The notes under the pieces were generated by a model. That model was not told the DNA's origin, ran no database searches, and saw only the letters and a list, made by a program, of their open reading frames with translations. A program made the position numbers and the translations under genes. From Myxococcota bacterium (GTDB taxonomy: Bacteria > Myxococcota_A > Polyangia > Polyangiales > Houyiibacteriaceae): a DNA stretch of 64,000 bases. Within the stretch, counting starts at the first letter, position 1. Each line of letters starts with the position of its first letter. Shown one piece after another: positions 1 through 7,628 of this stretch. The stretch spans positions 19,365 through 83,364 of the forward strand of contig JBCDFZ010000022.1 in NCBI GenBank assembly GCA_039177115.1. Direction: 5' to 3'.

Positions 1-354
1 GGGCTCCATTGCCCAACGACCTCCGGTCCCTGCGCCGCGGCCGGTCGCGCTCCGACAGCCGCGACGGTGAACAAACAGACAACGATGCCCGACCGAATCG
101 ATCGGACTGCGTACGACTCAACTACTGTCATCCCGTCATGAAAGCGGCGCTTGGGGGTCGCGCGCCGCGAACGATCAGCCTAACAGTCGCAAACGAGCGA
201 TCCCAGGGTGATCGAAACGATTCATCCTGATCTCACCCGTGAGGGCGTATGCGTTTCGAACTCGGGTCGCGCGCGAAAGTCCCGAAGTGTTCGGTTCTGT
301 GCGCGAGACTACGAAACGGGTCAGCGCCGCGACTATGTTAGGCTCGCGCCCGCG

Positions 355-2034
355 ATGGACGCTGTTCGAGTTCTGCTTCTCACTCTCTTCGCGCTCGCCC
401 TGCCGGCGTCGCTCGCGCATGCGGGTGGGTACGAGTTTCCTGGAGACGGCACCCGTGCGATCGGTCGTGGAGGCGCGTTCGCTGCAAGAGCCGACGACCC
501 CATGGCCGTCGTCGTCAACCCGGCCGCGCTCGGCTCGCTGCCGGGGATCCAGCTGATGGCGTCGACCCATCTCCTCTTCGCGAAAGACTGCTTCTCGCGA
601 AACGCGCCGGGAGTCGACACCGATGGAAACTCGACCCCGCCCGAATGGGATGCAGGCTGGGGGCTGGTTGACGGCAACCGCATTCCCTACACGGAGGTGT
701 GCAACGCCAAGGGCAAGCGATTCACGCCGATCCCCGCGATTGGCGTGACGTGGCGGGTCTCGAAGCAGGTTGGCATGGGCTTCATGATCATTCCCCCCAA
801 CTCCGAGCGCTCGCAGAGGTGGGGGAACCAGGCCTACGATGCGCCAATCGAAAACTCCGACCAGACACGTCGCTACCAGGGCTACGTCGACGCGCCCCAA
901 GGGGCCGTGTCGGAGGGCAGCAACAGGCAGGTCCCACTCGATAACGGGGACGACCTCTTACCGTCGCCGGCCCGCTATCTCCTGGTGGATCGCGAGGTCA
1001 CTGTGGTGTACCCGACCTTTGCCGTAGGCGCGCGCCCGCTCCGCTGGCTTCAGATCGGCGCTGCTTTCGGGTGGGGGATCGCCGACACCACCTTCACCGT
1101 GAACATCCGCAATGCGGCGGCGGGTGAGAACCCACTTCCGGTCGAAGGCCAGTCGAGGCTCAAAGGGCAGGACTGGTTCGCGCCCCGGTTCAGTGCGGCG
1201 ATTCACTTCATCCCTCACGACAATCTAGACATCGTGACGGTCTTTCGATGGGACGACACGATCAAGGTGCGCGGGCCGCTCGAGGTGAACGTTCCGCTGT
1301 TCGACAACCTGGCTGGCGAGCCCAATAGCCTGGTTGGCACGGGCACGCTGTCGGCGCCGCGACCGTGGTGGGTCACTTTCGGCATCCGGTACGCGCAAAG
1401 GATCGTTCCGCGGCCCGACGACCCCGACGCTCCGCGGCGAGAGAGCGGGCGCGTCGAAGACCAGATGAGCCAGGAGCGCTGGGACATCGAGTTGGACGTC
1501 GTCTATGAGAAGAACAGCGTCGTCGACAACTTCGACATCCTCATCGAGGACCTCAACACCGCGGCAGGCACGCTCCCTCAGGACATCAACACGAGCGTCG
1601 CCGTGCAGCACAACTGGCGGGATCAGCTCTCCATACGTCTAGGCGGCGACTGGAACATCCGGCCCGGCGTCGTGGCGATTCGCGCCGGTTTTTCGTACGA
1701 AACGAACGGCTTTGACGGCATCGCGAGCCGCACGAGCAAGACCGGCACGGTCGACTTCATGCCGGGGCGTCGTTTTGGGGCTCACGCTGGTGTGACCGGC
1801 CGCATCGGAAAGCGACGGTACTCCGAGCTGTCCGGGGCGTTCAGCTACTTTCACATGCAGCCCCATCAGAACAACAACGGCGGCGTGGAGCAAGTCGTCG
1901 TCGACCCGGCTGGCGGCGGTTCGCAGGGGCCCGGCGACATCGTCAACAACGGCCGATTCACGTCGCGATACATCGTTGCATCGCTGATGTACCGGCATTT
2001 CTTCCAAGGCGGCCGCATCCGCGGCACCCGGTAG
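355..2034 (+). CDS. Outer-membrane hydrophobic-compound/long-chain fatty acid channel, FadL/OmpP1/TodX-like
   Basis: ORF 208-2034. The internal ATG at 355 gives signal peptide MDAVRVLLLTLFALALPASLAHA, followed by GGYEFPGDGTRAIGRGGAFAARADDPMAVVVNPAAL, which resembles the N-terminal hatch region of FadL-family barrels. The rest is rich in alternating beta-strand patterns. Confidence 0.75.
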   Translation: MDAVRVLLLTLFALALPASLAHAGGYEFPGDGTRAIGRGGAFAARADDPMAVVVNPAALGSLPGIQLMASTHLLFAKDCFSRNAPGVDTDGNSTPPEWDAGWGLVDGNRIPYTEVCNAKGKRFTPIPAIGVTWRVSKQVGMGFMIIPPNSERSQRWGNQAYDAPIENSDQTRRYQGYVDAPQGAVSEGSNRQVPLDNGDDLLPSPARYLLVDREVTVVYPTFAVGARPLRWLQIGAAFGWGIADTTFTVNIRNAAAGENPLPVEGQSRLKGQDWFAPRFSAAIHFIPHDNLDIVTVFRWDDTIKVRGPLEVNVPLFDNLAGEPNSLVGTGTLSAPRPWWVTFGIRYAQRIVPRPDDPDAPRRESGRVEDQMSQERWDIELDVVYEKNSVVDNFDILIEDLNTAAGTLPQDINTSVAVQHNWRDQLSIRLGGDWNIRPGVVAIRAGFSYETNGFDGIASRTSKTGTVDFMPGRRFGAHAGVTGRIGKRRYSELSGAFSYFHMQPHQNNNGGVEQVVVDPAGGGSQGPGDIVNNGRFTSRYIVASLMYRHFFQGGRIRGTR

Positions 2035-2046
2035 CGGTAGTCCTGA

Positions 2047-2304
2047 TCAGGCGACGGCGGCGAGGGTCGGCGCGACGGGGGCGCGACGTGCGATGTCGAG
2101 CAAACGGCGGGCCACGAGCGGCGCGATGCCGAGCGCGTTCCGCAGCTGGCAGAGCGCGTCGATCTCCGCGCCGTGCTCCTGTCCGTCGACGTTGGCGATC
2201 CAAGCAGCCGTCAAGAACACCAGATGGCGTGCCGACTCGTCGAGTGCCTCCGGGTGTTTCATCACTTCCTCTAGCCTTTCCATGGTTCTTGAATCATCGG
2301 GCAT
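2047..2304 (-). CDS. Small hypothetical protein, TerB-like helical domain (tentative)
   Basis: 85-aa ORF divergent from the LysR gene. AAWIANVDGQEHGAEIDALCQLRNALGI resembles the TerB/DjlA-N helical motif. No stronger evidence. Confidence 0.4.
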   Translation of the reverse strand: MPDDSRTMERLEEVMKHPEALDESARHLVFLTAAWIANVDGQEHGAEIDALCQLRNALGIAPLVARRLLDIARRAPVAPTLAAVA

Positions 2305-2314
2305 CTGTGATGCG

Positions 2315-2336
2315 TTGACAATATAGAGATTGTCGA
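2315..2336. promoter_or_regulatory. Inverted repeat TTGACAAT-N6-ATTGTCGA in the 47-bp divergent spacer; its left half is a consensus TTGACA -35 hexamer
   Basis: Read directly: arms GACAAT/ATTGTC are perfect reverse complements. Lies between the divergent starts at 2304 (-) and 2352 (+). Confidence 0.5.
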
Positions 2337-2342
2337 GCCAAA

Positions 2343-2361
2343 ATGTAGATCATGTCTACAA
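2343..2361. promoter_or_regulatory. LTTR-type box A: ATGTAG-N7-CTACAA (contains T-N11-A), centred on the LysR start codon
   Basis: Read directly as aATGTAGatcatgtCTACAat. The ATG of the LysR ORF (2352) sits in the spacer of the palindrome. Confidence 0.5.
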
Positions 2362-3275
2362 TAAACCCATCCTCCCCGACGTGGCTAAACTATCATCATT
2401 TCATGTACTTCTGGCTCACCGTGCGTGAGGGCGGGATTCAAGCAGCGAGTCGCAAGCTTCGGCTCGCTCATCCGACGGTGAGTGTTCAAATCAAGCAGCT
2501 CGAAGAGACGCTCGGACACACGCTCTTCGACCGAAGTCGCCGGAAGCTCGAACTCACCGAGGCGGGCCGGGTCGCCTATCGGTACGCGGACGAGATCTTC
2601 TCGCTCGGGCAAGAGTTCTTGGAGGCTCTCGAGGGACATCCCGAAGGTCGACCGCTTCGGTTGGCGGTGGGCGCGAGCGACGTGATGCCCAAGCTCATCG
2701 TCCGGAGTTTGCTAGACCCGGCGCTTCACTTGGACACGCCGGTGCGGCTCACCTGCACGGAGGAGCGTTTCGACCGACTGCTGGGGGCGCTCGGGACTCA
2801 CGAGCTCGATGTCGTCCTGGCGGACACCCCTTGCCCCCCGGGGAGCGGTGTGAAGGCGTTCAACCACCTTCTCGGCGAGTGCGGCGTGTCGTTCTTCGCC
2901 GCGCCCAAGCTCGCCAACGAGGTGCGAGGCGGATTTCCGCAGTCGCTCGATGGGGCTCCGATGCTCCTCCCTGCGGGTGACACCGCGCTCGGTCGCGGTG
3001 TGACGCAGTGGTTTGAAAAGGAAAGCGTTCGGCCGCGGATCGTGGCGGACTTCAACGACAGCGCCCTCATGAAGGCCTTCGGCCAAGACGGCATTGGTAT
3101 CTTCCCCCTGCCAAGCGTGACCGAGGACGACGTGGAGCGGCAGTATGGGGTTCAGGTGGTCGGGCGCACCAACGACATCCACGCCCGATTCTACGCTATC
3201 TCTGCGGAAAGGCGTCTGAAACACCCGGCGGTCGTCGCGATCTGTGAGGCGGCTCGCGCGGAACTGTTTCCGTAG
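2352..3275 (+). CDS. LysR-family transcriptional regulator, NhaR-like
   Basis: N-terminal wHTH WLNYHHFMYFWLTVREGGIQAASRKLRLAHPTVSVQIKQLEETLGHTLFDR matches the NhaR-type LTTR signature (INYNHLYYFW...). 307 aa with a typical LTTR effector domain. An in-frame stop lies immediately upstream, so the start is fixed at 2352. Confidence 0.9.
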   Translation: MSTINPSSPTWLNYHHFMYFWLTVREGGIQAASRKLRLAHPTVSVQIKQLEETLGHTLFDRSRRKLELTEAGRVAYRYADEIFSLGQEFLEALEGHPEGRPLRLAVGASDVMPKLIVRSLLDPALHLDTPVRLTCTEERFDRLLGALGTHELDVVLADTPCPPGSGVKAFNHLLGECGVSFFAAPKLANEVRGGFPQSLDGAPMLLPAGDTALGRGVTQWFEKESVRPRIVADFNDSALMKAFGQDGIGIFPLPSVTEDDVERQYGVQVVGRTNDIHARFYAISAERRLKHPAVVAICEAARAELFP

Positions 3276-3286
3276 CGACGGAGCGT

Positions 3287-3775
3287 TCAGAAGGCGGCCT
3301 GAAGGAAGACGGGCCGTTCGCGGGAACTCAGAACGATGGGCACCCCGAGCGCCCCGGTGTTCGCCGTTTCCATGTGCCCCGTCGGGTCCGCTGCGTCCTC
3401 AGCGGGAGCGTCTCCAGAGACTTGCTGGCCGAACCAGGTCACCCGCGCCGAAGCAGCCGGTGCCGGAGAAAAAGTGACCCCGGGGCGCTGGTACCCCGGG
3501 GTCGTAGGGAACAGGTCAAACGCATCCCGACGTGAAGGGTGCGCTGGAGCGGCCAAATCGCTGCCGAGGAGCCTGACCCCGTAGGCGTCTGTTTGTCGCA
3601 GTTCGTCGAGCGAAGAGAGGAGAAGTGGAGGACTCGACGTCGCTGCCTCCCACATCGCATGGGCGTGTGACTCGTCTGCTCGGTCGGCGGTCGACGTGGC
3701 CTCGCGTTGAACGACCACCGCGAAGGCGATCACGGAAAGGGCGATGAAGCGCCGCGCTGGCTCAGTTACGCTCAT
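3287..3775 (-). CDS. Hypothetical secreted/membrane-anchored protein
   Basis: ORF 3287-3844. The internal Met at 3775 gives MSVTEPARRFIALSVIAFAVVV (signal/anchor). No recognisable domain. Confidence 0.5.
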   Translation of the reverse strand: MSVTEPARRFIALSVIAFAVVVQREATSTADRADESHAHAMWEAATSSPPLLLSSLDELRQTDAYGVRLLGSDLAAPAHPSRRDAFDLFPTTPGYQRPGVTFSPAPAASARVTWFGQQVSGDAPAEDAADPTGHMETANTGALGVPIVLSSRERPVFLQAAF

Positions 3776-3846
3776 GAGTGACCTCCGACTCGAAAGCGAC
3801 TCTGGGGCAGCGAGGGGACGTTTACAATTCAGATAAAATCCCATCT

Positions 3847-3869
3847 TTATGTAGGTTAGCTCTACATAA
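3847..3869. promoter_or_regulatory. LTTR-type box B: TTATGTAG-N7-CTACATAA perfect palindrome in a divergent spacer
   Basis: Read directly. Has the same TGTAG-N7-CTACA core and spacing as box A. Sits in the AT-rich spacer between 3775 (-) and 3919 (+). Confidence 0.5.
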
Positions 3870-3918
3870 GAGAGCTGGCGGTTTGAGCCGCACGTTGGGG
3901 CGGCCCAAACTTCTCCCT

Positions 3919-4473
3919 GTGAGCCGGTCGATTGGGAAAGCCCTGCGCGTCTTGGTGCCTCTCGCGCTGTGGGCGGCCTGCTCGAGCACCGAGGCGCCAG
4001 ACCCGAGCGTGCCGGCTTCCCCCGAGCCTCCGGGGAGCGAGCCTGGAGCGGGTGGCGCAGAAGGACCCGATCCTCCGCCGTCGGCCGATCCGAAGGCCGA
4101 CGTCGTGCGCGTGGCGACCACGGGAGCCGAGGGGGCCTACTCCTTCTCCGTCACCGTAGAAAGCCCCGACACGGGCTGCATGCAGTACGCGGACTGGTGG
4201 GAGGTGCTCACTCCGGACGGCGAACTCATCTATCGTCGGATCCTCGCACATAGTCACGTGGACGAGCAGCCGTTCACTCGCAGCGGCGGTCCCGTCGACG
4301 TCGACGCGACGACGGAGGTCATCGTCAGGGCGCACATGAATGAAGCGGGGTACGGCGGCGCAGCGTTTAGCGGCTCCGTTTCGGAGGGCTTCTCCGACGA
4401 CGAGTCGGTGACCGCATCGGTGGCGCCCAGTCTCGCGGACGCACCGCCGTTGCCTGACGACTGTGCTTTCTAG
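3919..4473 (+). CDS. Hypothetical lipoprotein
   Basis: ORF 3778-4473. An in-frame GTG at 3919 gives VSRSIGKALRVLVPLALWAAC|SS (lipobox), then a Pro/Glu-rich linker and a about 120-aa domain (YSFSVTVESPDTGCMQYADWWEVLTPDGELIYRRILAHSH). The start is uncertain. Confidence 0.55.
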   Translation: MSRSIGKALRVLVPLALWAACSSTEAPDPSVPASPEPPGSEPGAGGAEGPDPPPSADPKADVVRVATTGAEGAYSFSVTVESPDTGCMQYADWWEVLTPDGELIYRRILAHSHVDEQPFTRSGGPVDVDATTEVIVRAHMNEAGYGGAAFSGSVSEGFSDDESVTASVAPSLADAPPLPDDCAF

Positions 4474-4581
4474 AGGGGCGCGGCTCGAGCTTCGCGACAA
4501 GCTCGATCCAAGGTTGTCTACTCGGTATAGAACCCCCGCCGCGGTTTGCTTGGAACGCCGCGCGCTCTAAGTCCTTACGCA

Positions 4582-4743
4582 ATGTCGCGCTTGACAAATC
4601 GGGTCGTGCTCTGCGTCGGTGGGGCAAGCGGAATGGGCTACGGGGTCGCCCCAGTCGCCTCAGAGGAGGGCTCCCGCGTCATCGTGACGAGCCGGTCGGA
4701 GGACAAAGCCGTCGCCGCCGCTCAGCGAGGCTACTCTTCGTAA
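4582..4743 (+). pseudogene. N-terminal remnant of a short-chain dehydrogenase/reductase (only about 53 aa)
   Basis: MSRLTNRVVLCVGGASGMGYGVAPVASEEGSRVIVTSRSEDKAVAAAQ is the SDR Rossmann beta1-alpha1-beta2 (TGxxxGxG-like GGASGMG). It stops after about 53 aa, and its 3' end overlaps the convergent gene 4731-5396. Confidence 0.5.
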
Positions 4744-5396
4744 CACTCCGCCACGAACGCTGCGACTTCTACCGGACAGGCTTCCTCTTCGTCCTCGCCG
4801 CTCGGGTCGCACTCGATGGTGTCGGATTCCCCGATACACACGAGGAAGTCGATGAAGGCCTGGGCGCACGGCGGACCGCGGTCCTCGAGGAAGAGTTCGG
4901 TTCGGGTTACATACTCGATCTGGCAAGAGGCGATCGAAGCGTCACGGCCGTACTCTTCGCTGAAGAACCCGGACTCGCAGTCTGCGCGGAACTCGCAGGC
5001 GACCTGGGTCGGCTGCACAGCCTCGGGGACGTCGACCTCGGGAGTTTCTGAGACGAATACGCACGCGTCCCCCGGCGCGTAGCACTGCTCTTCGTCGCAT
5101 GACCCGGCATCGGCCAGGCACGCTATTTCCGCACGGTAGGTTTCAAAGCAGGCGTCGGGGTCTTCCGAGAAACGCGAGTATTCGAGAATGTCGTAGCGAA
5201 GGTAGAACTTGCATTCCGATTCGCTGTAGTCCCCGCACTCCGCGGTCTCGCAGAGCCGAAAGACGTCCTCGGTGAGGCCGGCGACGTCGAACTCTGCACC
5301 GACGCCGCCGAAGCTATTGTTCGACCCACTGCATCCCGACACCGCAGCGGTGATTCCGAGAAGTAGGCCAAGCGCAAGTTCGCATCGAGTTCCCAT
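4731..5396 (-). CDS. Cys-rich, highly acidic lipoprotein with an internal 7-Cys duplication
   Basis: ORF 4731-5489. The Met at 5396 gives MGTRCELALGLLLGITAAVSGC|SGS (lipobox). The mature part carries two similar Cys patterns and many D/E. Confidence 0.7.
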   Translation of the reverse strand: MGTRCELALGLLLGITAAVSGCSGSNNSFGGVGAEFDVAGLTEDVFRLCETAECGDYSESECKFYLRYDILEYSRFSEDPDACFETYRAEIACLADAGSCDEEQCYAPGDACVFVSETPEVDVPEAVQPTQVACEFRADCESGFFSEEYGRDASIASCQIEYVTRTELFLEDRGPPCAQAFIDFLVCIGESDTIECDPSGEDEEEACPVEVAAFVAECYEE

Positions 5397-5485
5397 AACG
5401 CGAGGGTAGCGGGGTCCTCGACGGCATCCAAATGTGGCGCGGATCCAGCGGACGCTCGCGCGGCGCATGGTTTTCGCGAAGTGTG

Positions 5486-7567
5486 TCACTTTGGTTTACC
5501 GGCCTTACCTCCGCGACGGCCCTCGAGCTTCTCGAGTTCGCGAATGAGCTCCGCGCGCGAGCGTTTGGTTTGCGACCGAGAGGTGGGGCCGCCCACGTAG
5601 GGCCAGAGCTTCGTCCGAATGCCGTCTGGCAGCACGTTCTCGAGGTACTCGAGTGCGGTCCCGCGAAGTCGGGTGTCGCTGCCAACGAGGGCTCGTCGTG
5701 CGAGCATCACGGCTTCGCGATCGAGTACGAGGCCGAGCAGCGTGAAGACATGAGTTAGACCTCGTTCGGTGGGGTCCACGATCAGTTCGCGGTCTTCGCG
5801 TGCGTACGATCGACCTCCCGGCCTTCGCGACGCCACCCACTTCGACCGGCCGAGATCGATCTCGCGCTCCACGAGGCGAAGGATCTCCTCCGCGTGAAGC
5901 TCTACCGTGTCGTCCGCGTCGCTCAGCGTCGTGAGCGCCTTGCCGGCCGCGGAGCGCACGCGAAAACTCGGGTCGGCGAGCCCGTGTATCAAACCCTCGG
6001 CCGCGCGGTGAGGCTCGGCCTTGAGGAGTATCGACGGAATCCGGTGGCGAACCATCTCCGAACCGCCGGGGTCGAGCAGCGCGTCGAGTAGCTGTCCGGT
6101 AACGCGCGGCGCGACGATCTCGAGCGCGTGAGCGGCGTCGGGAGCGAGCTGCGGATGAGCAAGTAGCTCGATAGTTTTGGGCACTTCTTTGAGGTCGATC
6201 GGTCCGGCATGGAGGCGGCGACGCGTCTCCGTCATCTCTTCGGTGCTCTCGGGGCCGCGCAGTTCTGCGACGCGCGCCAGCAAACGCTCGCGGTCGATCC
6301 GAAGAGATCGCGTGACCAGCCTGCGCGTGGTCTGGTCAATCGTGGCTTGGCTTTCGTCGATCGACCCCGCCTCGAGGCCGGAGGCGAGCTCGTCGACGTA
6401 GCCTCGGTAGACCCCACGAATCGAGCTGCGAACGAGAAACGCCAGTGCGGTGGCAAGGCCCAGCACGACCAGGATCGCCTGTTCCGGAAGGACACTCACC
6501 ACGAAGAGCGCAATACCGCTTCCGACTAGGTCTCCCGCACGGCGCAGCCCCACGTCGATGATCACCTTGGTGGACCGCTTCCTCGCCGCGGGGATCGGGA
6601 CGTACAAGAGCTCGTAGCCGGATCGGAACACGGAGCTCTCGAGCGCCCACTCGGCGCCGCGGACGAGTGCGAGCGTCACTAGGCGCGTGAACGCCATGCC
6701 AACGACGCTCAGCGTCATGACGGTCCAAGGCAGGATGGCCAGCGTGCGTTCGACACCGACTCGGTCGAGGAGTCGCGACGACCCCGTCGTTTGCAGAACG
6801 AAGCCCACGACCGAGGTAACCGTGTAGAAGATGGCGAAGAAGGAGGCGAGCTCTGCCTCCGTGCTGAGGCGCACGCTGGCCTCCGCCTTGAACGCAAAAT
6901 CGAGGAGCGTCCCGACGATGGCTACCAGCGCGACCAAGGATGCGATTCGCTGCAGGTACGGGCTCCGCTGCAGCGTCTCCACCGAAGATCTCAACCTCTG
7001 CCGCGCTGACGGGGTTCCGGGCAAGCCGCGACCCAGGAGCGCGATCAGCACGGCGCACCCCAGGTTGAAGAGGGCCAGCACGAGAAGCATCGTCCCGACG
7101 TCGAGGGCAGAAGAGACCCGCTCGGTGACGACCGCGCCAAGCACTCCACCTGCGGTCGCGCCGGCGGCGATCCGGGCTACTGCGCGCCTCGCGGAATGAG
7201 GGTCGTAGCGCTCGTTGACGACCGACCAAAAGCCGCTGATGACCGACGCGCCGAGCATCGCGACATGCAGATAGACCACCACCGCGACCGCGGGCGCGAA
7301 GGCGCGGGCGAACCACCACTCCACCATGAAGAGTGCCCCGTTCAGCGCGAAGGCCATCGGGACGAGCCGCGCGGGCGACCAGCGCTGATAGGCGCTCGAC
7401 AGCACGAGAACCGTGACGGCGCCGAGTACCGCAGCGACGATCATGACCTTGGGCAGATCGTCCGCCGGATAGTTCCCCAAGAAGAGCGCGTCGCGGGTGG
7501 CTTTGGCGCCCACCTGCTGCGCGATCATGAGGGCGGCCGCGGTGACCGCGACCCGAGTGTTCGGCAT
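5486..7567 (-). CDS. TLC/Npt-like (AAA-family) MFS-type transporter fused to a C-terminal HEAT-repeat domain
   Basis: 693 aa. The N-terminal about 400 aa are polytopic, with AKATRDALFLGNYPADDLPKVMIVAAVLG resembling the KxxRDxLFL...LP motif of Npt1/Npt2-type nucleotide transporters. The C-terminal about 250 aa carry HEAT-like repeats (GLADPSFRVRSAAGKALTTL). Confidence 0.75.
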   Translation of the reverse strand: MPNTRVAVTAAALMIAQQVGAKATRDALFLGNYPADDLPKVMIVAAVLGAVTVLVLSSAYQRWSPARLVPMAFALNGALFMVEWWFARAFAPAVAVVVYLHVAMLGASVISGFWSVVNERYDPHSARRAVARIAAGATAGGVLGAVVTERVSSALDVGTMLLVLALFNLGCAVLIALLGRGLPGTPSARQRLRSSVETLQRSPYLQRIASLVALVAIVGTLLDFAFKAEASVRLSTEAELASFFAIFYTVTSVVGFVLQTTGSSRLLDRVGVERTLAILPWTVMTLSVVGMAFTRLVTLALVRGAEWALESSVFRSGYELLYVPIPAARKRSTKVIIDVGLRRAGDLVGSGIALFVVSVLPEQAILVVLGLATALAFLVRSSIRGVYRGYVDELASGLEAGSIDESQATIDQTTRRLVTRSLRIDRERLLARVAELRGPESTEEMTETRRRLHAGPIDLKEVPKTIELLAHPQLAPDAAHALEIVAPRVTGQLLDALLDPGGSEMVRHRIPSILLKAEPHRAAEGLIHGLADPSFRVRSAAGKALTTLSDADDTVELHAEEILRLVEREIDLGRSKWVASRRPGGRSYAREDRELIVDPTERGLTHVFTLLGLVLDREAVMLARRALVGSDTRLRGTALEYLENVLPDGIRTKLWPYVGGPTSRSQTKRSRAELIRELEKLEGRRGGKAGKPK

Positions 7568-7628
7568 CGCCCGACCCTACCAAGAAACCGAGACCATGAC
7601 CTCGTTCGGGGCCTCGGTGGCCACCCGA

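Noticed and set aside
1-354. Left-edge ORFs 9-230 (+) and 175-900 (-)
   Set aside because: They have no motifs, are Arg/Ser-rich, and the second is antisense to the FadL-like gene. The region is probably the promoter/5' UTR of the OMP gene. An imperfect hairpin near 255-295 is too weak to call.
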